Both the position numbers and the translations under genes were made by a program. Positions 55,394 through 63,158 of a DNA stretch of 64,000 bases are shown here, piece by piece; the stretch's first letter is position 1; every line of letters begins with the position of its first letter. The notes under the pieces are model-generated. The model was not told the DNA's origin, did no database searches, and saw only the letters and a program-made list of their open reading frames with translations. The DNA comes from an uncultured Solirubrobacterales bacterium. GTDB taxonomy: Bacteria > Actinomycetota > Thermoleophilia > Solirubrobacterales > Solirubrobacteraceae. The stretch covers positions 217,371-281,370 of the forward strand of contig CAWIDF010000008.1 of assembly GCA_963834885.1 (NCBI GenBank), written 5' to 3'.

Positions 55394-56698
55394 ATGGATC
55401 GCTTGTTCGGCGAGGATGAGGCGCCGGCCGCCAGCCGGTCGGCGACCCTGCCCGGCGCGCCGCTCGCGACGCGGCTGCGCCCGCGCGCGCTCGAGGAGTT
55501 CGTCGGCCAGGATCGGTTGCTGGCGCCCGGGTCGGCTCTGAGACGCACGATCGAGGAGGGGCATCCCCACTCGATGATCCTCCACGGCCCGCCGGGGAGC
55601 GGCAAGACCACGCTGGCGCGCCTGATCGCCGAGGCCTCGGGCGCCGCGTTCGAGGAGGAGAGCGCGGTGCAGGCCGGCCGGGCCGAGGTCCGCGGGGTGA
55701 TCGAGCGAGCCCGCCAGCGGCTGTCGACCGGGGGCCGGCGCACGATCTTCTTTCTGGACGAGATCCACCGCTTCAACAAGGCGCAGCAGGACGCGCTGCT
55801 GCCGGCCGTGGAGGAGGGGCTCCTGACCCTGATCGGCGCGACGACCGAGAACCCGTACTTCGAGGTCAACTCGGCGCTGCTCTCGCGGGCTCGGGTGTAC
55901 GAGCTCGAGCCGCTGACCGCACCGCAGATCCGGGTGCTGCTCGATCGAGCGCTCGAGCGGGGGGAGTGCGGCCCCGCGGCGCCGGTCGACTCGGCTGCGC
56001 TCGATTTCCTTGCCGCGCGGTCCGGCGGCGACGCCCGCACGGCCCTGAACGCGTTGGAGCTGGCGTGCTCCAACGCCGGTCCGGACGGCGCCGTGGGGCT
56101 GGAACAGGCCGAGGACGCGCTGCAGCGACGCGCGCTGCTCTACGACCGGCAGGCCGACCGCCACTACGACACGATCTCGGCCTGGATCAAGGCGACGCGC
56201 GGCTCCGACCCCGACGCGTCGCTGTACTACCTCGCGGTCATGCTCGAGGGCGGCGAGGACCCGCGGTTCATCGTGCGCCGGATGGTCGTGCTCGCCTCGG
56301 AGGACATCGGCAACGCCGATCCGCAGGCGCTCGTGGTGGCGACCGCGGCGGCCCAGGCGGTCGAGCACGTCGGCATGCCCGAGTGCCAGTTCGCGCTTGC
56401 CCAGGCCGCGATCTATCTGTCGCTGGCGCCCAAGTCGGACGCGGCCAAGCGGGCGCTCGGCGCCTCGCGGGGGTTCATCCGCGAGCACGGCGCGCAGCCG
56501 CCGCCGCCCTACCTGCGCTCCTCGACGCGGAGCGGCGGCGATTACGACTACCCCCACGCGCGTCCGGGGCACGTCTCGCCGCAGGAGCTGATGCCGGACA
56601 TCGTGATCGGAGAGCGCTTCTACGAGCCCGACGACGCCGAGGCCGCGCTGCGTGAGCGTCTGGAGGAGATCCGGCGGGCGCGTGGCCGGTCCGGATAA
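55394..56698 (+). CDS. rarA: Replication-associated recombination protein A (MgsA)
   Basis: PLATRLRP, GPPGSGKTT, DEIHRFNKAQQD, ATTENP, SEDIGNADP. Confidence 0.95.
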   Translation: MDRLFGEDEAPAASRSATLPGAPLATRLRPRALEEFVGQDRLLAPGSALRRTIEEGHPHSMILHGPPGSGKTTLARLIAEASGAAFEEESAVQAGRAEVRGVIERARQRLSTGGRRTIFFLDEIHRFNKAQQDALLPAVEEGLLTLIGATTENPYFEVNSALLSRARVYELEPLTAPQIRVLLDRALERGECGPAAPVDSAALDFLAARSGGDARTALNALELACSNAGPDGAVGLEQAEDALQRRALLYDRQADRHYDTISAWIKATRGSDPDASLYYLAVMLEGGEDPRFIVRRMVVLASEDIGNADPQALVVATAAAQAVEHVGMPECQFALAQAAIYLSLAPKSDAAKRALGASRGFIREHGAQPPPPYLRSSTRSGGDYDYPHARPGHVSPQELMPDIVIGERFYEPDDAEAALRERLEEIRRARGRSG

Positions 56699-56708
56699 CC
56701 TGCCTCGG

Positions 56709-58301
56709 ATGCAAGCCACCATCGCCACCGCCCAGCTCGAATCCTTCAATCCCGCCACCGGAGAGTCGATCGGCTCTGTCCCGGTGACCGCGCCCGAAGA
56801 CGTACAGGGGGTCGTCGACGCCGTCGCGGCGGTCCAGCCGTCATGGGCGGCGCTGTCTCTGCGGCAGCGCGGCGAGTACCTGCAGCGCGCCGCCCAGGTG
56901 ATCCTCGACGAATGCGACGAGATTCGCGATCTGATCGTGCGCGAGCAGGGCAAGCCGCGCAACGAGGCGTTCTCGATGGAGCTCCTGCCCACGATCGACG
57001 CGCTGCGGTGGATCGCGCGCGCCGGGGCCGAGATCCTCGCGGAGGAGAAGGTCCCGATGCCCCAGGTGTTCCTGAAGACCAAGCGCTCGGCGTTCGTGTA
57101 CGAGCCACTTGGCGTGATCGGGGTCATCTCGCCGTGGAACTACCCCTGGAGCATTCCGCTCGGGGAGGTCGCGCTCGCGCTGATGGCCGGCAACGGCGTG
57201 GTGTTGAAGCCCGCGTCGCTGACCCCGCTGATCGGCGAGCGGATCGCTGACGTGTTCTCGCGCGCCGGCGTCCCGGAGGGGCTCATCCGGGTGCTGCACG
57301 GCCCGGGCACCGGCGCGGCGCTCGCCGAGTCGAGCGTGGCCAAGGTGTTCTTCACCGGCTCGGTCGAGACCGGGCGTTCGGTCGCCGAGGCGTGCGCGCG
57401 GCGCCTGAAGGGCTCGGTGCTCGAGCTCGGCGGCAAGGACCCGATGATCGTGCTCGCCGACGCCCACCTGGAGCACGCCATCGCCGGCGCCGTGTGGGGC
57501 AGCTTCGCCAACGCGGGGCAGACGTGCTCGGGGATCGAGCGGATCTACGTCGAGCGGGGTGTCTCGGAGCGGTTCATCGCCGGCGTGGTGGCGGGCGCCC
57601 AACGGTTGCGCGTGGGCGACCCGACGAGCTGGGACACGGAGATCGGGCCGATGGTCTCGGGCGAGCAGATGGAGATCGTGCGCGGGTTGGTCGACGACGC
57701 GGTGGCGGCCGGGGCCGTCCTGCACTGCGGCGGCCCGGTCGACGCGCCCGCGGGTCTCGACGGCGCGTTCTACGCCCCGGCGGTGCTGACCGGCGTCACG
57801 CGCGAGATGCGGATCATGCGCGAGGAGATCTTCGGTCCCGCGGTCCCGATCGTCGTCGTCGACTCCGCGGAGGAGGCGGTGGCGCTGGCCAACGACTCGG
57901 ACTTCGGCCTGGGCGCCTCGGTGTGGACCTCGGACCGCGCGCGTGGCGAGCGGATCGCCGGCGAGTTGCAGTCGGGCATGGTGTGGATCAACGACCACAT
58001 GTTCAGCCACGGGGCCTGCCAGTGCGCCTGGGGCGGGGTCAAGGACTCCGGCCTGGGTCGCACCCACTCGAAGTTCGGGCTGTACGAGTGCGTGAACGTG
58101 AAGCTGCGCACGTGGGAGGGCTCGGCCGTGCGCGACCCGTGGTGGCACCCGTACGACGAGACGCTGGGCGAGGCGTTCCGCGCCACCGCGAAGCTGCTGT
58201 ACGGGCGCGCGTCCGACCGGGCCGCCGCGCTGCGTGACGGCGCGGTACCGCTGACGCGGCTGGGGTCGCGGCTGGCGCGTGACGCGGTCAAGCGTGGATG
58301 A
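56709..58301 (+). CDS. Aldehyde dehydrogenase with C-terminal extension
   Basis: ISPWNYP, FTGS, ELGGKDP, GQTC, EEIFGP; TAACCT 7 nt before ATG. Confidence 0.93.
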   Translation: MQATIATAQLESFNPATGESIGSVPVTAPEDVQGVVDAVAAVQPSWAALSLRQRGEYLQRAAQVILDECDEIRDLIVREQGKPRNEAFSMELLPTIDALRWIARAGAEILAEEKVPMPQVFLKTKRSAFVYEPLGVIGVISPWNYPWSIPLGEVALALMAGNGVVLKPASLTPLIGERIADVFSRAGVPEGLIRVLHGPGTGAALAESSVAKVFFTGSVETGRSVAEACARRLKGSVLELGGKDPMIVLADAHLEHAIAGAVWGSFANAGQTCSGIERIYVERGVSERFIAGVVAGAQRLRVGDPTSWDTEIGPMVSGEQMEIVRGLVDDAVAAGAVLHCGGPVDAPAGLDGAFYAPAVLTGVTREMRIMREEIFGPAVPIVVVDSAEEAVALANDSDFGLGASVWTSDRARGERIAGELQSGMVWINDHMFSHGACQCAWGGVKDSGLGRTHSKFGLYECVNVKLRTWEGSAVRDPWWHPYDETLGEAFRATAKLLYGRASDRAAALRDGAVPLTRLGSRLARDAVKRG

Positions 58302-58339
58302 CGCGCCAACGCCCACGGACGCGCGTGGGTGTGGCGCGT
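58301..58339 (+). terminator. GC-rich hairpin after ALDH
   Basis: ACGCGCCAACGCCCACG...CGTGGGTGTGGCGCGT, about 16-bp stem with one bulge and one G-T pair. Confidence 0.6.
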
Positions 58340-58374
58340 GATCCACACTGATCGACGCGGGTACTCTCTTAGAC

Positions 58375-59112
58375 ATGCCCGCCCAGGCTTACGCCGGCAA
58401 GGAATGCGTCTGCCAGCTCCGCAGGGGGATCTGCGATCAGTCCTGCGTGCAGGGGATGCTCGAGACGCCGTTCTACATCGCGTGCCTGCGCCTGACCGGC
58501 CGGCGGTGCGTGGTCGTGGGCGGCGGCGAGGTCGGGCTGGAGAAGGTCGAGGGGCTGCTGGCGTGCGACGCCGACGTGATGCTGGTGTCGCCCGAGGCTC
58601 ATCCGGAGCTGGTCCAGCTCGCGCTCGAGGGTTCGATCCGGTGGGAGCGCCGCGAGTACGCCGGCGCCGCGGACCTCGACGGGGCGTTGATCGCGATCGC
58701 CGCCACCGACGACACCGATCTGAACATCCGCGTGTTCGAGGACGCCGAGGCGCGGGCGATGCTGGTCAACGTGGTCGACGTGCCGCCGCTGTGCAACTTC
58801 ATCCTGCCGGCGATCGTGCGGACCGGACCGCTCGCGGTGGCGATCTCGACCGCCGGCGCCTCGCCGGCGCTGGCCAAGCGGATGAAGCGCGAGATCGCCG
58901 AGCTGTTCGGCGAGCCGTACGCTGTGCTCGCGGTGCTACTGAACGAGGCCCGGGGGTGGGCGAAGGCCACGCTCCCGACCTACCAGGACCGCAAGGAGTT
59001 CTTCGAGGGGATCGTCAACGGCGAGCCCGATCCGGTCGAGCTGCTGCGCGCGGGCGACATCGACGCGGTCCGCGACCTGATCGCGGACGCGCAGCGCGCC
59101 GTCGCGGTGTGA
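58375..59112 (+). CDS. Precorrin-2 dehydrogenase / sirohydrochlorin ferrochelatase (SirC/Met8/CysG-N-like) with Cys-rich N-terminal extension
   Basis: [44 protein letters not shown]; core begins at ATG 58456. Confidence 0.9.
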   Translation: MPAQAYAGKECVCQLRRGICDQSCVQGMLETPFYIACLRLTGRRCVVVGGGEVGLEKVEGLLACDADVMLVSPEAHPELVQLALEGSIRWERREYAGAADLDGALIAIAATDDTDLNIRVFEDAEARAMLVNVVDVPPLCNFILPAIVRTGPLAVAISTAGASPALAKRMKREIAELFGEPYAVLAVLLNEARGWAKATLPTYQDRKEFFEGIVNGEPDPVELLRAGDIDAVRDLIADAQRAVAV

Positions 59113-59606
59113 GCTCCGAGCTCACGCACCTGGATTCATCTGGCCGCGCCCGCATGGTCGACGTGGGCGAGAAGCCCGCGACCGAGCGGCGCGCGGTGGC
59201 GCAGGCTGTCGTGCGGGTTTCACCCGAGACCGCTGGGCGGGTTCAGGCCGGCGATGCGCCCAAGGGCGACGTGCTCGGGGTGGCGCGGATCGCGGGGATC
59301 CAGGCGGCGAAGCGCACCGCGGAGCTGATCCCGCTGTGCCACCCGCTCGCGCTGACCTTCATCGGGGTGGAGGGCTCGATCGAGGTTTCGGACGGCCGGA
59401 TCGTCCTGACTGCGGAGGCGCGGACGACGGGGCCGACCGGCGTCGAGATGGAGGCGATGACCGCGGCCAGCGTCGCGGCGCTCACGGTCTACGACATGGT
59501 CAAGGGGATCGAGCGGGGCGCCGAGATCGCCGAGGTCGTGCTGCTCGAGAAGTCGGGCGGCCGCTCGGGGCTGTGGCGCAGGGGTCCCGCCGAGAATCGG
59601 CCTTAG
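59109..59606 (+). CDS. moaC: Cyclic pyranopterin monophosphate synthase
   Basis: [53 protein letters not shown]. Confidence 0.96.
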   Translation: MSSELTHLDSSGRARMVDVGEKPATERRAVAQAVVRVSPETAGRVQAGDAPKGDVLGVARIAGIQAAKRTAELIPLCHPLALTFIGVEGSIEVSDGRIVLTAEARTTGPTGVEMEAMTAASVAALTVYDMVKGIERGAEIAEVVLLEKSGGRSGLWRRGPAENRP

Positions 59607-59613
59607 GAGCGGG

Positions 59614-59658
59614 GCCTGGTCGAGAAACGCAAGCCCACGTTGCGTTTCTCGACCAGGC
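59614..59658. terminator. Perfect 19-bp inverted repeat between convergent genes (bidirectional terminator or REP-like)
   Basis: GCCTGGTCGAGAAACGCAA-gcccacg-TTGCGTTTCTCGACCAGGC. Confidence 0.7.
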
Positions 59659-59668
59659 TGCCGTGGGT

Positions 59669-60526
59669 CTAGTAACGAAGCGCTTCGGACAGCGCGTCGA
59701 GGGCGCCGCCCTCCGCGGCCATGTCCGCGTGAAAGGGCGGGGAGATCGAGGTCAGGCCGCCGTCGACGACGAGCGTCGTGCCGGTCACGTACTCCGCGCC
59801 CGGTGAGAGCAGGAACAGCACGCACTCGGCGACCTCGGCCGCCGTGCCCATCCGCTTCTTGGGGATCTTCGGCAGCACAGTGTCGAGCGAGGGGACGCGC
59901 CCGGTGGCGTAGAAGTAGCTCGAGGAGTCGGTCTCGATGATGCCGCCGTTGACCGCGTTGACGTTGACGCCGCGCGGCGCCAGCTCGACCGCCATGTAGC
60001 GCGCCCACGTCTCGATCGCCGCCTTGGCCGAGCCGAGGTTGGCGTAGGTGGGGAACGAGCGGATGCTGCCGTAGCTCGACAACACGACGACCCGGCCGCC
60101 CTCGCGAGGCATCAACCGGACCGCGCGCTGCGTCCCGACCACGAACGCGCGCACGTTCAGGTTGAAGGTGCGCTCGAGGTGGTGGGGCTTCAGGTCCATA
60201 AAGTGGTGGAAGTTGCTCGCGGAGGCGTTGGAGACGAAGAAGTCGAGGCGGCCGAAGTGCTCCTGCACCTGGTCGAACATCGCCTCGATGTCGTCGAGGT
60301 TCTCGAGGTCGGCTCGAATCGCCAACCCGGAGCTGCCCAGGCGCTCGGCCTCGGTCACGACCTCGCGTGCCAGTTCCTCGTTCTGCTTGTAGTTGACGAC
60401 CGGGATCGCGCCGCGCGCGGCCAGCCGCAGCGCCAGCTCCTTCCCGATCCCGCGGGAGGCGCCGGTGATCAGCGCGACCTTGCCTTCGAATCCGCGGCGG
60501 GGGTCAGGTAGGAGGGGGTCGCTCAT
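59669..60526 (-). CDS. chcA: 1-cyclohexenylcarbonyl-CoA reductase (ChcA)-like SDR enoyl reductase
   Basis: TGASRGIG, VVNYK.N, FVSNA, LSSYGSIRSFPTYANLGSAK (Y-x6-K), RYMAVELAP, NAVNGG, ISPPF: closely colinear with S. collinus ChcA as remembered. Confidence 0.8.
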   Translation of the reverse strand: MSDPLLPDPRRGFEGKVALITGASRGIGKELALRLAARGAIPVVNYKQNEELAREVVTEAERLGSSGLAIRADLENLDDIEAMFDQVQEHFGRLDFFVSNASASNFHHFMDLKPHHLERTFNLNVRAFVVGTQRAVRLMPREGGRVVVLSSYGSIRSFPTYANLGSAKAAIETWARYMAVELAPRGVNVNAVNGGIIETDSSSYFYATGRVPSLDTVLPKIPKKRMGTAAEVAECVLFLLSPGAEYVTGTTLVVDGGLTSISPPFHADMAAEGGALDALSEALRY

Positions 60527-61647
60527 CGCTTCAACAAATCCCGGGCGATCGTGGTCTTCTGGATCTCGGCGGTGCCTTCCTCGAACCGCTGGGCGCGCGC
60601 ATCACGGTACACGCGCTCGATCGGGCTCGTCGACCAGTACCCGAGTCCGCCGTGGACCTGCAGGGCGCCGTCGGTCACCCGCTGGAGCATTTCGCTCGCG
60701 AACAGCTTCGCCATGGCGGCCTCCATCGGGGCGCGCCCCGTCTCCTCCCACGTCGACGCGGCGTGCCTGACCAGGCGCCGGGCGGCCTCCAAATCCGTAG
60801 CCATCTCGGCCAGCTTGAACGCGATCGCCTGGCGCTCGGCGATCTTCTTGCCAAACGTCTCACGCTCCTGGGCGTAGACGAGGGCCAGGTCGAGCGCGCG
60901 CTGCGCGAGGCCGACGCACGTCGTGGCCAGCGAGATCCGGCTCGGACCCAGGAACCCGCTGAGGGCGATGTCCACGCCTTGGCCCTCCTCGCCGAACCGG
61001 TCGGCGACCGGCACCGGCGCGCGGTCGAACACGATGTGGCCGTGGTCGGTGCCGCGCACGCCCATCGTCTCGGCCATCTCTCGGTTGTCGATGCCCTCGC
61101 CGTGGGACGGGACCATCAGCGCCACCGTCCCGTCCGTGCCGCGGGTGCCCTCGACCCGAGCGAAGGTCATCAGGTAGTCGGCGATCGTGCCGAACGTGAT
61201 CAGGTGCTTCTCGCCGCTCAGGTAGTACGTGTCTCCCTCCCGGACGACGCTGCAGCGGATGTCCGCGCCGCTGCCGGCCCCAGGTTCGGTCAGCGTGAAC
61301 GCGACCTTGATCTCGCCGGCCACCGCGGGCTTGATGAACCGCTCGCGCTGGTCGTCGTTGGCGTGCGAGTCCATCGGGCGCCAGATGCCGTTGGCGACGT
61401 GGACGATCATCCGCAGCGACGCGTGCGACATCGAGAACAGCTCGAGCAGCTCGAGGTAGCTCGTGAACGGGATGCCGGCGCCGCCGTACTCCACGGGCGC
61501 CGCCAGCCGCAGGTATCCGCGGTCGCGCAGCTCATCCCACAGCGACAGCGGGACCTTGTGCTCGCGCTCGATCAGCTCGGCCCATCGCTCGCCCTCGTTC
61601 TCGACGTAGGTGCGGACCTCGCCGTGCAAGGTGGTGGTGGCGGTCAT
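60523..61647 (-). CDS. Acyl-CoA dehydrogenase (AnsL/PlmL-like position)
   Basis: FTLTEPGAGS, GEKHLIT, RETFGKKI, QVHGGLGY, YRDARAQRFEEGTAEIQ. Confidence 0.93.
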   Translation of the reverse strand: MTATTTLHGEVRTYVENEGERWAELIEREHKVPLSLWDELRDRGYLRLAAPVEYGGAGIPFTSYLELLELFSMSHASLRMIVHVANGIWRPMDSHANDDQRERFIKPAVAGEIKVAFTLTEPGAGSGADIRCSVVREGDTYYLSGEKHLITFGTIADYLMTFARVEGTRGTDGTVALMVPSHGEGIDNREMAETMGVRGTDHGHIVFDRAPVPVADRFGEEGQGVDIALSGFLGPSRISLATTCVGLAQRALDLALVYAQERETFGKKIAERQAIAFKLAEMATDLEAARRLVRHAASTWEETGRAPMEAAMAKLFASEMLQRVTDGALQVHGGLGYWSTSPIERVYRDARAQRFEEGTAEIQKTTIARDLLKR

Positions 61648-63158
61648 GCGGTCACGAAATCGCGGGCTTGCTCGCGCAGGACGAACTTCTGGATCTTGCC
61701 CGACGGCGTCCGGGGGAGCGTGTCGACCAGCTCCAGACGCTCGGGCCAGTACGTCTTGGCGACGCGGTGTGAGTCTAGGTACTCGAGCATCGTGTCGAAC
61801 TCCAGGTCCCCGACCACGAACGCGCAGGCCCGCTCGCCCAGCCGGTCGTCTGGCATGGCCACGATCGCCACATCACGCACGGCCGGGTGGGCGTGCAGCA
61901 GCTGCTCGATCTCGGCCACCGGCACCTTCTCGCCGCCGCGGTTGATCACGTCCTTGACGCGACCCGTGATCCGGACGTAGCCGCGAGCGTCGATCCGAGC
62001 CAGGTCGCCGGTCCGGTACCAGCCGTCGTCGGTGACGGCCTCGGCGGTCAGATCGGGGCGATTCAGATAGCCCTCGAACAGACAGTCGGTGTGGACCTCG
62101 AAGTTGCCCTCCTCGCCGGTGGCGAGCGCGACACCGGAATCGTCGACGACGCGCAATTGCACCCCGGCGAGAGCCCGGCCGTCGCTTCCCCAGGCGAGCT
62201 CGGGCGGGTCGCCGGGCGCGAACGCGCAGCCCAGGCAGCTCTCGGTCGTGCCCCACGCGCCGCCGACCTCGGCGTCGAGGACCTCGCGCGAGTGGCGGGC
62301 CAGTTCGCGCGGGATGGCGGCGCCGGTAGCGACGAACGTTCGCAAACGCGACGGCTGCTCGCCCGTCTCGGAGGCCACCCGGGTGAGGTCGGCCAGGAAC
62401 GGCGTGGCCGCCTGGACGAACGTGACGCCGAAGCGCTGCATGGCCTGCAACCCGGTCGAGGCGTCCCAGACCTCCTGGAGAACCAGCGTCACGCCCAGCC
62501 GGATCGCCACCCACATTCCGTACAGGAAGCCGGTCTGGTGGGCGAGCGGCGAGGGCACGTAGACCACGTCGCCGGCGCCCAGTCCGAAGTGCTCGATGTG
62601 GTGATCGGCGGCGCGGGTGAGCACGTCGTAGCGGTGGAGCGCTCCCTTGGGCTCACCGGAAGTCCCTGACGTGAACAGCAGCTGGGCAAGCCGATGCGGA
62701 TCACCCGCCGACGAGGGCCTCGGCGAGCCGGCGGAAACCAGGCACTCGTACTCGTCGGGCAACACGACGAGGTGCTCGACGGACGGAAGGCCGGCCGCCA
62801 TCTGCGCGTAGTCGCGGCCGCGGAAAGTGTCCGGGACGAACAGGACGCGGGCGCGGCTCGAGCCGAGCATGAACGACAGCTCGCGCTCGCGGAAGATCGG
62901 CATCAATGGCTCGCACACCGCGCCGGCGCGCAGCACGCCAAGTGCGATCGTCACGAACTCCAGGCGATTGGGGAGCTGGAACGCCACGGGCTCACCCGGG
63001 AGCACGCCGAGCCGCCCCAACGCTGCCGCGACCCCGTCGGCGTCGTTCTTCAAAGCAGCCCAGGTCAGCTCGCGCACCGATCCGTCGGCGCTGATCTCGA
63101 CGACGGCTCGCTCGCCCGGCCGCTCGCGGGCGTGTCGGTCCAGATCGCCGAGGATCAT
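61644..63158 (-). CDS. AMP-dependent CoA ligase, cyclohexanecarboxylate-CoA ligase (AliA/AnsK)-like
   Basis: PLMPIFRERELSFML, FTSGTSGEPKG, WGTTE, YRTGD, GRVKDVINRGGEK, PSGKIQK; ATG overlaps upstream TGA. Confidence 0.9.
   Translation of the reverse strand: MILGDLDRHARERPGERAVVEISADGSVRELTWAALKNDADGVAAALGRLGVLPGEPVAFQLPNRLEFVTIALGVLRAGAVCEPLMPIFRERELSFMLGSSRARVLFVPDTFRGRDYAQMAAGLPSVEHLVVLPDEYECLVSAGSPRPSSAGDPHRLAQLLFTSGTSGEPKGALHRYDVLTRAADHHIEHFGLGAGDVVYVPSPLAHQTGFLYGMWVAIRLGVTLVLQEVWDASTGLQAMQRFGVTFVQAATPFLADLTRVASETGEQPSRLRTFVATGAAIPRELARHSREVLDAEVGGAWGTTESCLGCAFAPGDPPELAWGSDGRALAGVQLRVVDDSGVALATGEEGNFEVHTDCLFEGYLNRPDLTAEAVTDDGWYRTGDLARIDARGYVRITGRVKDVINRGGEKVPVAEIEQLLHAHPAVRDVAIVAMPDDRLGERACAFVVGDLEFDTMLEYLDSHRVAKTYWPERLELVDTLPRTPSGKIQKFVLREQARDFVTA

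Noticed and set aside
58329-59108. Apparent SirC-MoaC or long MoaC fusion ORF (58329-59606)
   Set aside because: Different frame from sirC; moaC starts at GTG 59109 overlapping the sirC stop
59669-63158. Cyclohexanecarboxylate degradation (ali/bad) operon
   Set aside because: The ligase resembles AliA, but hydratase and ring-cleavage genes are absent, the SDR has an enoyl-reductase Y-x6-K motif, and an EPSPS-like gene leads the unit, favouring biosynthesis
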